NCBI RefSeq assembly: GCF_030028105.1
Contig: NC_092394.1
Span: forward strand, 25,154,752-25,218,751
From: Mobula birostris
Taxonomy: Eukaryota
DNA length: 64,000 nt
Reading direction: 5' to 3'
Each line of letters opens with the position of its first letter. Position 1 is the first letter of the stretch. The notes beneath the pieces were generated by a model that was not told the DNA's origin, ran no database searches, and worked only from the letters and a program-made list of their open reading frames with translations. Positions 13,573 through 24,371 of this stretch are shown here, one piece after another. A program made the position numbers and the translations under genes.

Positions 13573-13597
13573 CTTCCTTCTTCACCTTCGGAGCCAT
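13573..13597 (-). CDS. RPL23A: 60S ribosomal protein L23a (uL23), coding exon 1 (MAPKVKKE)
   Basis: ATG at 13597 directly after a pyrimidine tract; 25 nt followed by a GTGAG donor; splices in frame to exon 2. Confidence 0.97.
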
Positions 13598-13600
13598 CTT

Positions 13601-13612
13601 AGAAAAAGAGAG
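13601..13612 (-). promoter_or_regulatory. TCT initiator / 5'TOP pyrimidine tract of RPL23A
   Basis: CTCTCTTTTTCT immediately before AAG ATG; the AAGATGGC over the start codon also resembles a YY1 site. Confidence 0.85.
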
Positions 13613-13655
13613 CGGACACAGGGTTGCACGGGCTGAAATCCACGGCTTCACGAAG

Positions 13656-13665
13656 TCTCGCGAGA
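13656..13665. promoter_or_regulatory. TCTCGCGAGA palindrome (CGCG element, BANP motif)
   Basis: Perfect 10-bp palindrome ~45 bp upstream of the TOP start, inside a CpG-rich region (~13150-13750). Confidence 0.8.
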
Positions 13666-13693
13666 GTCCTGCAGCAAAGAGCGCAAGGCCGAG

Positions 13694-13708
13694 TGGAAGT
13701 TGTAGTCC
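13694..13708 (-). promoter_or_regulatory. ZNF143/THAP11-type ACTACAnnTCCC motif (one mismatch)
   Basis: Minus strand reads GGACTACAACTTCCA versus consensus ACTAYRnnnCCCR. Confidence 0.55.
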
Positions 13709-14804
13709 TCACAATTCAAGATCCGTAGTTACTGATGGCCATTAACCCCACCTCAGGGCGTTCAGAAGCCCATTACACAAGATGAAGCGTTGCTTTATTG
13801 AAGGGTTGTGCAGGAAACCAGGAAGCAAAGTATCATACTCATGGACATTACCATCTAGAAGGGCAAAGTGCTGTATGCACATGGGAGCTTCTTAACTACC
13901 TGCAGGTTCTCTTCCAGACGCCACACCATCCTGAGTAGCAAATATAATACTAGTTCTAAATCCTGGAGCTCCCTTCTATGCAGCATCTGTGAGTACAGTT
14001 AAAAAACCGCAGTAGTTCAAGGTGAGGTAGCTCATCACAAGAGCATTTTGGGATGAGCAGTAATGAAGGCCTTGCAAGTAATACCCAGGTAGGTCCAAAA
14101 ACACGAAGAAATATAAAAAATTTGATTCTCACACCCATTCACTTTGCTATTCCTTATTATGGTTTCAGTCTGTTTAGAAAACTTATGCAAAGTACATATG
14201 AAATAGGAGCCTGGAGTAGTCATTCAGCATTTCAAGTTCTGTTTTAAGATTGTGGCTCATGTAACAGAACTGTACAGCACAGAGACCCAATGTGGTGCCA
14301 AACTAATAACATCTAATCCCTTCTTCCTTTTTACATTAAGGGGTAAGAGAGCCCAAACCTTGCTACAAAACAACAAATTTTATGTCTCAGTGATAATCCG
14401 ATTCAGATTCTGTCAGGGAGTTCAATTGCCTTAACTATCAAATATCGAAAGCCCATACCAGAGTTGAATGTCCAGCAGGTGGCAATAACGCCATAAAATG
14501 TAATTACAAATAATGTAAAAGGAAAATTCTTAGCAAAAAGATTAGAGTTAGGAATGAATAATAATGTAGATTAAAGGTGCAGTGGCACTTTATAGTCACT
14601 ACATTATATTACTTTTGATAAATGAAAAATGAAGAAGTTTTTAAAAACTACAAGGGAAATTGATATACACAAGTGATTTTGCAGATACTGGAAATCCACA
14701 GCAATACACAAAATGCTGGAGGAACTCAGCAGGTCAGGCAAAATTTATGGAGGGGAATAAATAAATGATATATATGTAAATTATATAACTTGATTATAAT
14801 AGCC

Positions 14805-15860
14805 TCCACTATAGTCTCACACAGTGTTGATGTGTTGAGAAGCCTCTTCTCAAGGACTGGTGTTCCAGAACCATTAGTCAGTGTCAATGGACCACAGTTA
14901 AGTGCAGGAGAGTTTCAGTCATTTTGAAAATGAATGGAATAAGACATATTACATCTGCACCATATCACCCAGCTACAAATGGCTTGGTGGAAGTGTTTAT
15001 CCAGAGTCTAAAGAACACACTGCGAGCAATGTCAGCAGAACACACAGCACCAACACTGAATCAGAAGCTTGCTAATTTCCTCCTTGCCTATCACAGTACA
15101 GCATACTTCACAACCAGCAACTCACCAGCTATGCTGTTCCTGGGTTATCCCTTGTATTCACACTTGGATTTCCTCACACCCAGTCTCAGAAGGAGAATGC
15201 AGGACAAACAGTTGAGACAAATTGAAGGCTCCTCAAACAAGGAGGTTTGATGTTCATTCCTGGACAAGCAGTCCTGGTGAGGGATGACAGAGGTGATCAA
15301 AAGTGGGTACTTGGAAAGATTAAGGACAGAACCAGACCACTATCCAACACAGTGAAGATTGTGTCTGATGTCATCTGGAGGCAACATATCAATCAGTTGA
15401 GGAGAGTAGACTCAATTGTCAGAGAAGAAAGGTATCCCGAGCTGTCCAAGCCATTTCCCACAGTCCCAGAGTCAACTCCTACAACCACCAAGGAGAAAGC
15501 CCCAGAACCCGAGATTGCTCACTTGCGTGTGTTTATATATGACTAGAGAGAAATACATTATCTGTTTGGGTTGAGTTGCATTTTACTGTATGTTGAGTTA
15601 TAGTTCATAGCTAAGCAGGGAGGAGTGTTGTGTATTTTAATATTTTAGTAATATTTGAGTAGTATTATACATTGATTAAGCATTCTTTGTTGCTAACATA
15701 ATTCATTATGTGTTACATGTAAAACTGCATGAACCGTATACATCAACATGCTGCCACGTCATATGTGTGTCTCATTAAAGTAAAATTACGAATCGTACTC
15801 GTTCTTCTAGGCTCCCATCTTTTTCCTTCACTTAGTTTTATGCTTTGGTGTGACAAAACA
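14805..15860 (+). mobile_element. Ty3/Gypsy LTR retrotransposon remnant: integrase + PPT + 3' LTR (15626-15860)
   Basis: NGIRHITSAPYHPATNGLVE, SPAMLFLG, W..G..I..RT.PLS..V..HINQLR; polypurine tract AGGGAGGAG followed by a TGT...ACA LTR. Confidence 0.9.
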
Positions 15861-16155
15861 TATAGGCAGGAATATGACCTCGATTGATTTTACAACTGAC
15901 GCTGTAAAGTGCTGCTTTAACCGCTACACTACCAGGACTGGCTATTTCATTATCAAGTCACTATATTTCTAAACAATCTCTTTGGTTTTAAAATAGTTCC
16001 TAGCGTTCTGAAATCATGAAAGACCTAATGTAAAACCAAGTCTCTTCTCCTTACAGTTAATTTAACACTACAAGTCACCCGATTCAAATAGCACCCTAAT
16101 TTAAGATGCAAATTGGGGTTGTATCAACTCAGTATTTTATTGTATCCACAATATT

Positions 16156-16530
16156 GGGGCGGTACAGTAGCGCAGTGGGTAAGACAATGCTTTACAGTAT
16201 CCACGACCCTGGTTCAATTTCCGCCACTGCCCATGAGTTTGTACGTTCTCCCTATGGATTTCTTCCGGGTGCCCCAGTTTACTCCCACAGTCCAAACAGT
16301 AGACTTCTTTGACAATTGAGTCTACTCTCCTCAGCTGATTAATATGTTGTCTCCAGATGATGTCAGACGCAATCTCCACTGTGTAGGAAAGTGATCCAGT
16401 TCTGTCCTTAATCCTTGATCAGTTAATTGGTTATTGTAAATTGTCTCACGATTGGCTAGGATTAAGCTGGGCCGGCACGGCTCAAAGGGCCAGAAAGGCC
16501 TAGTCTGAACTGTATGTTGATAAAAATACA
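16156..16530 (+). mobile_element. tRNA-derived V-SINE-like element
   Basis: A box TAGCGCAGTGG, B box GGTTCAATTTCC, V-like core CCGGGTGCCCCAGTTTACTCCCACAGTCCAAA; related copies at ~8500-8750, 8755-9045, 21600-21905(-), 24690-24950(-) and 58905-59140. Confidence 0.75.
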
Positions 16531-16659
16531 AAGTTTTGCTAAATGGAACCGAGTGGAACAGATGCAGAGGTGAAGTTAAAATATAAAACTTAACACTGGG
16601 GCTGGCTGTTCCATATTCCATCAAGAGTGTTTGGTCTGCTTGCACCTGATATCTCTGCT

Positions 16660-17345
16660 GTGTTAACCTCATTCTTCTAAATTCTAATGAGTACATGCAG
16701 GCCCAAAGCCATCAAACGAACTTCATCTGCTAAACCTTTCATTCCTGGGATCATTCTCATAACCCTCCTCCAGATCTTCTCTAATGCCAGCATATTTTTT
16801 CTTTGATAAGGGGCCCAAAACTCACACAAGAGTCCATATGTGGTCTGACTAATGCCTTAGCAAGCCTCAGTACTATATCCTTGTTGTTCAGTTCCAGCCT
16901 TGTTGAGATGAAAGATTACATTTGCCTTCCTTCCTACTGACTGCAAGTTAACCTTTTGGGAATCCAGTACTAGGACTCCAGCTCTTACTAGCTCTTCTTT
17001 CAGTTAGTCCTGACGGTGGGTCTCAGCCCGAAACGGCGACCGTACCTCTTCCTAGAGATGCTGCCTGGCCTGCTGCGTTCACCAGCAACTTTGATGTGTG
17101 TTGCTTGAATTTCCAGCATCTGCAGGTTTCCTTGTGTCTAGGACTCCAAAGACACTTTGCATCTCCAATTTTTAAAAATTCACTCCTTATTTATGAAATA
17201 GTTTATTCTTTCATTCCTTTGACCAAACCACATGACCATACACTCCCCTACACTGTATTCCATTAGCCACATCTTTACTCATTCTCCTAAGCCCTTATGC
17301 AGACTCCCAAATTCCTCAACACTACCTGCCCCTCCACTTATCTTT
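16660..17345 (-). mobile_element. CR1 fragment, split by the Penelope terminus at 16981-17137
   Basis: Similar to the CR1 at 50700-51230. Confidence 0.8.
16981..17137 (+). mobile_element. Solo Penelope terminus (157 bp) inserted in a CR1 fragment
   Basis: 11-bp TSD CTAGGACTCCA at 16970-16980 and 17138-17148; hammerhead-like motif at 17006-17041. Confidence 0.9.
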
Positions 17346-19299
17346 CTTTAAAGCTGATGCATCATCCAAAATATTATGGTTGGTCTACCTTGATGCCGTT
17401 TTTCCTGCCTTAAGTTTACTTTCTTTAATTTGTGTAAAATCTGGAAATTCATCAACCATATTTTAAATGGAAGAAATAACTGCACCTCCACGGCCCTCCA
17501 GGATAAAGAATTCAAAAGTTTCACCATCCCGTGGATAAAGAGTTGTCTCCTTGTCTCATTCCCAATTAGCCTGTTTCTGGTTCTTCATCAGCACCCCTGT
17601 CCTAGGCTCCGCAGCCTGTGGAAGTATTTTCCCTGCACCGAACACATCAAGCCCTTTATGCAGTCAGGGTTCTCCTTTGAATCTGCTTGGCCCTAGCATG
17701 TCACTCTTAGTTCTAGAGAGACATCCACTCTGTTGGTCGTCTGTTACCTCTCATTCTATTAAACTTTAGAAAATACAGATGTGGTCTACACTTATCTACT
17801 TAAATGATCGACCTGCATCCCTGGAATCAGTCTGGTGAATGTCTTGTACACTCTCTGTATAGAAAGAATATCCTTCCTTAAGAAAAGAGACCAAACTTTT
17901 ATAAAATTCTCCAGATGTTGTCTCACTGAGATTCGGCTCATCCAGTCTGCTCCACCATTCAATCAAGACTTTTTTTTTCAATTTCATTCTTCTACTTTCT
18001 CCCTGTAAACCTGATAACCTATGAATCTACTTTAAATGCACACTTTATGGCAACAAATCCCACAGATTCACCACTGTCGTAAGAAATTCCTCCTCATCTC
18101 AGTTTTAAAGGGATGCTCACTTATTCTGAGGCTAAGCCCTTGGATGCTGCACTCTACAACCAATGGAAACATCCCGTCAACATTCGCTCGATCCAGGCCA
18201 TTCAGTGCCTGGTAGGTTTTGATGAGATTCCCCCTCATTCTTCTGAATACTATTTAATTGCAGTAAAACATCTCCACTCTTGGAGATACAAGAGTCTGGA
18301 GCAGCAAACAATCTGCTTGAACTTAGCAGGCTGAACAGCATCCGTAGGAGCGAAGGAATTGTCAACATTTTGGGTCAAAACTGTGGTCCGCTTCCTCATT
18401 CTCTTGAGGCACCCTCACATCTTCCTCACTACCACATATTCATCATCAATTTGAAATATTATATTTGAACCCTTCAGCCACATTGTTGATATAAATTGTA
18501 AATTGTTGGGGCTCAACCACAGATTCCTGTACTGCTTGCAAAGAACCTACATATTTTCCCTAAGCAACACACACAAAATGTTGGAGGAACTCAGCAGATC
18601 ATGTAGAATCTATGGAAATTAATAGACAGTCAACATTTCTGACGGAGACCCATCTTCAGAATAGGATTTAATCCCCCTGTTTGTTTTGCAGCTGGTTAAC
18701 AAACTGGCGATTCAAATTAGTATCATAACACACATTCCAAGGTGATGCTTTAACTTAATTTACCCCTGGATGCAGGATTTAATCTGAACATCCAAGTCTA
18801 TCACATTTACTGGCTCCTCTTCACCTGGGTTTCCGGCTATATCATCAAGAACTAAATTAGTTATAAACAGAATCAGGTTTATTCTCACAGGCATACGTCG
18901 TGAATTTTGATGTTTTGTCACAGCAGTACACAACATAACAAACTATGATAAGTTACAATAAATCGTGCAAAAGAGCACTAGTGAGGTAGTTTTTGAGATC
19001 ATAGACAGGTTAGAAAGGGAAGAAAAAAACTAATTTTCCTTTTCTAAACCCCATATTACATAAAGCCAAGCTCTTAGACATCAATCCTTAAATCCCCTTT
19101 TGTGGCGGGGCGTTACATTTTGTTTTTGATTACGCTTACGAGCAATTTGATAAATTAAAGGCGCTGTGCAAATACAAATTGTTGTTACAGCCGAATACCA
19201 GGAAAATCATTCTCACATTCTTCAAATATCTTAGAATGAACAATTCTCTTAAGAGTATTAAAATAGAGTAGTAAAACTCCTCCCTATACCTGTGCATCA

Positions 19300-19771
19300 A
19301 ACTACGATCTCTCTTTTCCTGTGGTTGAAATATTCAGCAGCAGCTGAGATTCCTGGGATGAATCAGCAGGGTGCCCTGGAACGGGGAATGGAAAACAGCT
19401 GCCGGCTGTAGCTGGGCGCCTTGTGGGGACTGGGGAATTTTCTCCACAAGAAAATCCGGCCACGTTGGGATGCTCTCTGCTCCTCTTGGGCGGCGAAAGT
19501 AAGGCGGAGATCGCTGATTGTAATTCTATCTTGCGCCAGATCGCCGGTCCGCTCGGAAATTTAACGAAACGCCTCGGGGATCGTGTAGCCCTTCCACAGA
19601 AGTTAACAAGGTGAACAAAAAACTTTAATCCGAATTTTCCGTCAGCGCTGCGATCGGGTAATGCTATACCTCCCACTACTTAAGGAGGTAACGCGAACTG
19701 ATCTGAACTACTTCAGAACAACAATCGCACTTTAACTGTGATTTTATTTTCGTACGCAACCAACCTTTCAG
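19300..19771 (+). promoter_or_regulatory. CpG-rich probable RAB34 promoter / non-coding first exon
   Basis: Local CpG enrichment in repeat-free DNA; candidate donor CAG|GTAGGG at 19771/19772; the ATG exon has its own acceptor, so an upstream exon is required. Confidence 0.55.
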
Positions 19772-21109
19772 GTAGGGTGGTTTTATTTGTTTCAATGTTC
19801 AGTGCTTTATATAGCGAAGCGATTACTCTGCTATAATTGCATCGAAACTTGTGGATTCAAAAGTTAGAGAAGTAATAATTTCTCTTTAGCCTCAAACTTT
19901 AATACTCTGTGCCAAGGTGATGTAATTCTAAAAATGCGTACAGCGAATTATTCCTTTTGAATTTCGATTTTGCAAACACAACGGACCCATTAATACAAAT
20001 TTAGCAATAATCGTTCATTGTAACATTTATCTTGGCTTCCTTCCAGTTGTGAGGAAGTCTTGTTTTGTAGTTTCCGGAGAGAAGCGGGGGGATGACGGTT
20101 TGAGATTGAGAAGTTTAGAGCAGGCAAGGACAAAAGTGGAGGGAAAGGCCTCTTTTCTATGCGGCAGAAAACAGAACGAGGAGGAAGCTGAGGGAAATAC
20201 AGTCAGTGAGTTCACATCTCCAGAATCCCATCCGTTAATCCTGCATCTCTCTCTTATTTTCAAATGAGAGAGATTTTCCTGTGGAAAATGCTGAGTAGGA
20301 TTATGCCAACAAGAGCTGGATAACCGAGTTCAGAGACTTCAGTTGTCCAGCACCCAGGCTAAAGGCGGATTTAGGGAGAGTGGTTTATATAGAGCTGCAT
20401 TTTGCTGCCAGTAAATTGCAACCAACAGTTGGCAATCTGACTGGGATACAGGCGCACGTGATAGTAACAAGGGGGAAAGATTGCAGATGTGCCCCTGCAT
20501 AGGCGGTTCATTGCGCTCAGCAACTCTGCCCTGTTTTGTATTCATTTTAATGGCTATATTGACTGGAATTTTCCTAACATGGAGAGTTACTTTAGACAAC
20601 ACGTATGTGTATTAAGAAGGGTATGGTCTTTGATGTTAACGACTTGAAAAACATAAGAAAGAGAAGCGAGAGTAAACCGTTCGACCCGTTGTGCCTTCTC
20701 CATCGTTCAATAAGATCCTTTACCTGTGTGCACTAATGCCGGGTACCCAGATCCAGTTAATATTGAAAACTCTGTCAGTCTCTGAATACATTCAGTGACT
20801 GAGATTACATGGGTTGAGTGTTACAAAGATTCACACAATCTGGATGAAGTTTCTTTGTACTTAGCACTGAACAGCTAGCTCCTTGTTTAAAGCCTATGGT
20901 CCGCTTCTAGATTCTTCAGCCAGGGCAACCTCATTCCTTCATCCATCCTGTCAAGCTCTCTAAGTATACTTAAATGAAGTCACCTCTCACTTGGAGAGAT
21001 GCATGCCTTTTCTGCATACTTTTTTCTCATTGATCAAACACGAATTTGGAGATTCTTTGTTGCATCCTCTCTATTGCAAGGGTAAGAGGACTAGACCCTT
21101 ACACAGTGA

Positions 21110-21490
21110 CTAAATAAATTCCTCCTCATCTCCAGTCTAAAAGGATGCCCCTCTATTCTGAGGCTATGTCATCTGGTCTTAGACTCACACACCATAGGAA
21201 ACATCTCCTCCACATCCACTCTATCAAGGCCTTTCACCATTTGATAGGTTTCAATGAGGTCTTTTGAATTCTAGTGAATACAGGCCCAGAGTGATCAGAC
21301 GCTCTTCATATGATAAGTCATTCAATCCTGGAATAATTTTTGTGAACCTCCTTTGAACCCTCTCCTGTTTCAGCACATCCTTTCTAAGACAAGGGGCCCA
21401 AAACTGCTCACAGTACTCCGAGTGAGGCCTCACCAGTGCTTTATAAAGTCTCAACGTTACATCCTTGTTTTTATATTCTAGTCTTTTTGA
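21110..21490 (-). mobile_element. CR1 fragment
   Basis: LYKALVRPHSEYCEQFWAP..ERVQRRFTKIIPGL. Confidence 0.88.
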
Positions 21491-21514
21491 TTGTAGGATT
21501 CCCTGAAAGCAAAG

Positions 21515-22185
21515 ACAGGTTGCACCTTTCATGTCACTTTCAGGACATCCCAAATGTTTTACGCTCTGAACTACAACAGAAGTTCAAGTTGTGTTGTAAT
21601 TTTTATTTATTTAATGATACGGGGCACAGTAGGCCCTTACAACCCTTCAGCTGCACCGTCCCAGCAACCCCACAACCCCGATTAAACCTGACCTAATCGT
21701 GGGATAACTTACAATGACCAATTAACCTACCCGGTACATCTTTGGACTGTGGGAGGAAACTGGGGCACTCGGGGAAAATCCATCCATTCCACGTGGAGGA
21801 AATACAGAGACTCCTGATGGAACGATGTTGAAATTAAACTCTGAACTCCGAATGCCATGACCTATAATTGTATCATGCTAACCGCTACACTACCAAGACA
21901 CCCATGGTAATGCAGGAAGCACAACACCTAATTTACAGGTACAGGTTCTCATGAACACTGGCATGATAATGGCCAGATAATATGTTCAAGTGACATTATG
22001 ATGAAGATAAATATTGCTCAGGGCCGTGGGGATAGGTCCTCTACCCTTCTACAGAGTGCCACCATGGAATCTCTTCAGGAAGAGTCGATGTGGGTCCGGT
22101 TCAACATCCCATCTTAAACTGCACCACTAATAAAGCAGCATTCCCTCAATTTTTCACTGCTGTGTCAGCCTTCTTACTTGTTCAT
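21515..22185 (-). mobile_element. DeuSINE (SacSINE1/AmnSINE1-like), split by a V-SINE
   Basis: Plus-strand GATAATGGCCAGATAA..GATAAATATTG..CCATGG..GGTTCAACATCCCATC..GTGTCAGCC matches the Deu-domain layout as recalled; no alignment was run. Confidence 0.6.
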
Positions 22186-23159
22186 AGACAGTGATGTTAA
22201 TGAAAATTCTGGCACTTGTTATGCACCATGAATTGCTGCTTGCTGGGCCAGTTCAGACAATAGTTGGGGTAGTGGCACCAATCTGTCTGAAGTTGCACTT
22301 GGCCCTAACTGGATGAGAACCAAATATTTCCTTTCTTGATTTACATAAGGGAACCAGATGTATTATTTGGAGCTCAGAAATACATTTTCTAATGACATGA
22401 ATATCTTTTTGTAACTAATTAGTGAACCAGATCAGTTGTTATAATTGCCAGTGGTGCCCAAGAGTATTGCAAGTGTGCCTAATGCAGCTACAGTGTCAGA
22501 AAGGGGAGAGAGCTTCTACATTTTCATTGCCAGCCACACCATCTTGGTGCCGTTGCTTCTCAAAGCAATTCCACTTGAGTATATCTGAAGAAATTAGAGA
22601 CCAACTCTGAATTAATTGCAAAATTTGGTTTTCAATGTTGTTATGTCATTGGTAAATAATTGTTGATGAATGAAGATTTATTATGATTAGCGATATGAGA
22701 TATGAAGAAATGAATATTGTATTGACCCACCCTCTGTGTGTGGCCTTTGGGATTCCATGACACCAGCAATGGACTGGAAATAGAGAAGAAACCATTTAAT
22801 AATTATTGCTCTAAAGTAAAAAAAATTCGAATTGTTGGCTGATGATAAAGGCCCAAGGTCTTGTCTCATTAGATTGTGGCCTTACCCAGTAAGTAAAAAA
22901 AAACAAAATTTTCACAGAGACACAGAGAAATAGGCACAGGTTAATCACTCCTAAAACCTATTCTCTCATTCAGTGCGATCTTTGCTGACCTCTGACCTCG
23001 GATGCGTAAGCTCTGTAATATTTGATCCATAGTTGTTGTTAGTTTTTCCCCTCTGAATGTTTTAAGGAACATGTTAATCCTTTGGAAAAATACTTCCTGA
23101 TTACATACATTTAATACACTTAATGGTCAATATTTAATTTTAAGGTTATGCTGTTTTAA

Positions 23160-23500
23160 AACATAGAACATAGAATAATACAGCACAGTACAGGCCCTTC
23201 GGCCCACAATGTTGTGCCGACCCTGAAACCCTGCCTCCTATATAAGCCCCCACCTTAAATTCCTCCATATACCTGTCTAGTAGTCTCTTAAACTTCACTA
23301 GTGTATCTGCCTCCACCACTGACTCAGGCAGTGCATTCCACGCACCAACCACTCTCTGAGTAAAAAAACCTTCCTCTAATATCCCCCTTGAACTTCCCAT
23401 CCCTTACCTTAAAGCCATGGCCTCTTGTATTGAGCAGTGGTGCCCTGGGGAAGAGGCACTGGCTATCCACTCTATCTATTCCTCTTATTATCTTGTACAT
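23160..23500 (-). mobile_element. CR1 3' end
   Basis: FFTQRVVGAWNALP..FKRLLDRYM; short repeat tail. Confidence 0.9.
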
Positions 23501-24317
23501 ATCTTGAATAGATTGCTTCTCAATTTCCTTAACCAAGGCTGTGAAGTCCAGCCTCATAACCTGACACTCCCACCCCTTCCCCTGAATTGCCCTGGTGATA
23601 TTGTTTCCTATAACAGTATATCTTGTGATTTACCTCCCCAACTATGCTAAAGAAAATGCAAGGTTGTTGCCTGATGCACAACAGGTATGGAGAGGAACAT
23701 TTTTTTAACCTCTCCAACTGGTTTACTACAAAGCTATAAAAACAAAGAGCTGCAAATATTCCATAGCCCAAGCAGCATTTGTGTTAATAGTTCAGATTAT
23801 CAGAATCTTTCTGATGAAGGTTGTATGATGTGTAACGTTAATCAGGTTTTTCTCTCTGTAGATTCTGTTCGACCTGCTGGTCAATTTCAGCACCTTTGGA
23901 TTTTCTTTCTGATTTCCAGCATTTGCAGTTTTTCTTTCTATTTTCGCTTCAAATTGTTCCACACTATTCTTTTCCCGAGATTTTTTTTCTTTCCCAAATT
24001 AAACTTCATAATTTGCTACAGTGGGGTTTAAAGCCACAACTCCAGAGATGCTGAACTAGTACTCTAATCACTCAGCTGCCATAGAACATATTAGTGCCCT
24101 ATTCTTAGACATTGGTTAATTACTTCATTCATTCAGAACGTGATAATAGTCTATTTTATATTTTATATGATGGGAGCTTAGTTAGAGAATAAAGAATGAA
24201 AGATGACTGTTGTAGCATAGATTTCGCAGAGCAGCTTTGTGAATTAAATCACTTTTCATCATTCAAAGAACTCACTTTTTAATAAATTACTTTTTCTTCT
24301 CAGAGGAAATACCAACA

Positions 24318-24371
24318 ATGAGTGTCCTTCCACCAGTCAGAAGAGACCGAATTATACCAGAGCTACCCTCG
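24318..24371 (+). CDS. RAB34: Ras-related protein Rab-34, coding exon 1 (exon begins at 24304)
   Basis: MSVLPPVRRDRIIPELPS (human MNILAPVRRDRVLAELPQ); polypyrimidine-CAG acceptor ending 24303; GTAAG donor. Confidence 0.93.

Noticed and set aside
16156-16235. tRNA gene
   Set aside because: The A and B boxes belong to a SINE head; no cloverleaf
19302-19676. 124-aa ORF or a NARR-like repeat protein at the RAB34 promoter
   Set aside because: GC-rich promoter artefact; no nine-residue repeats visible
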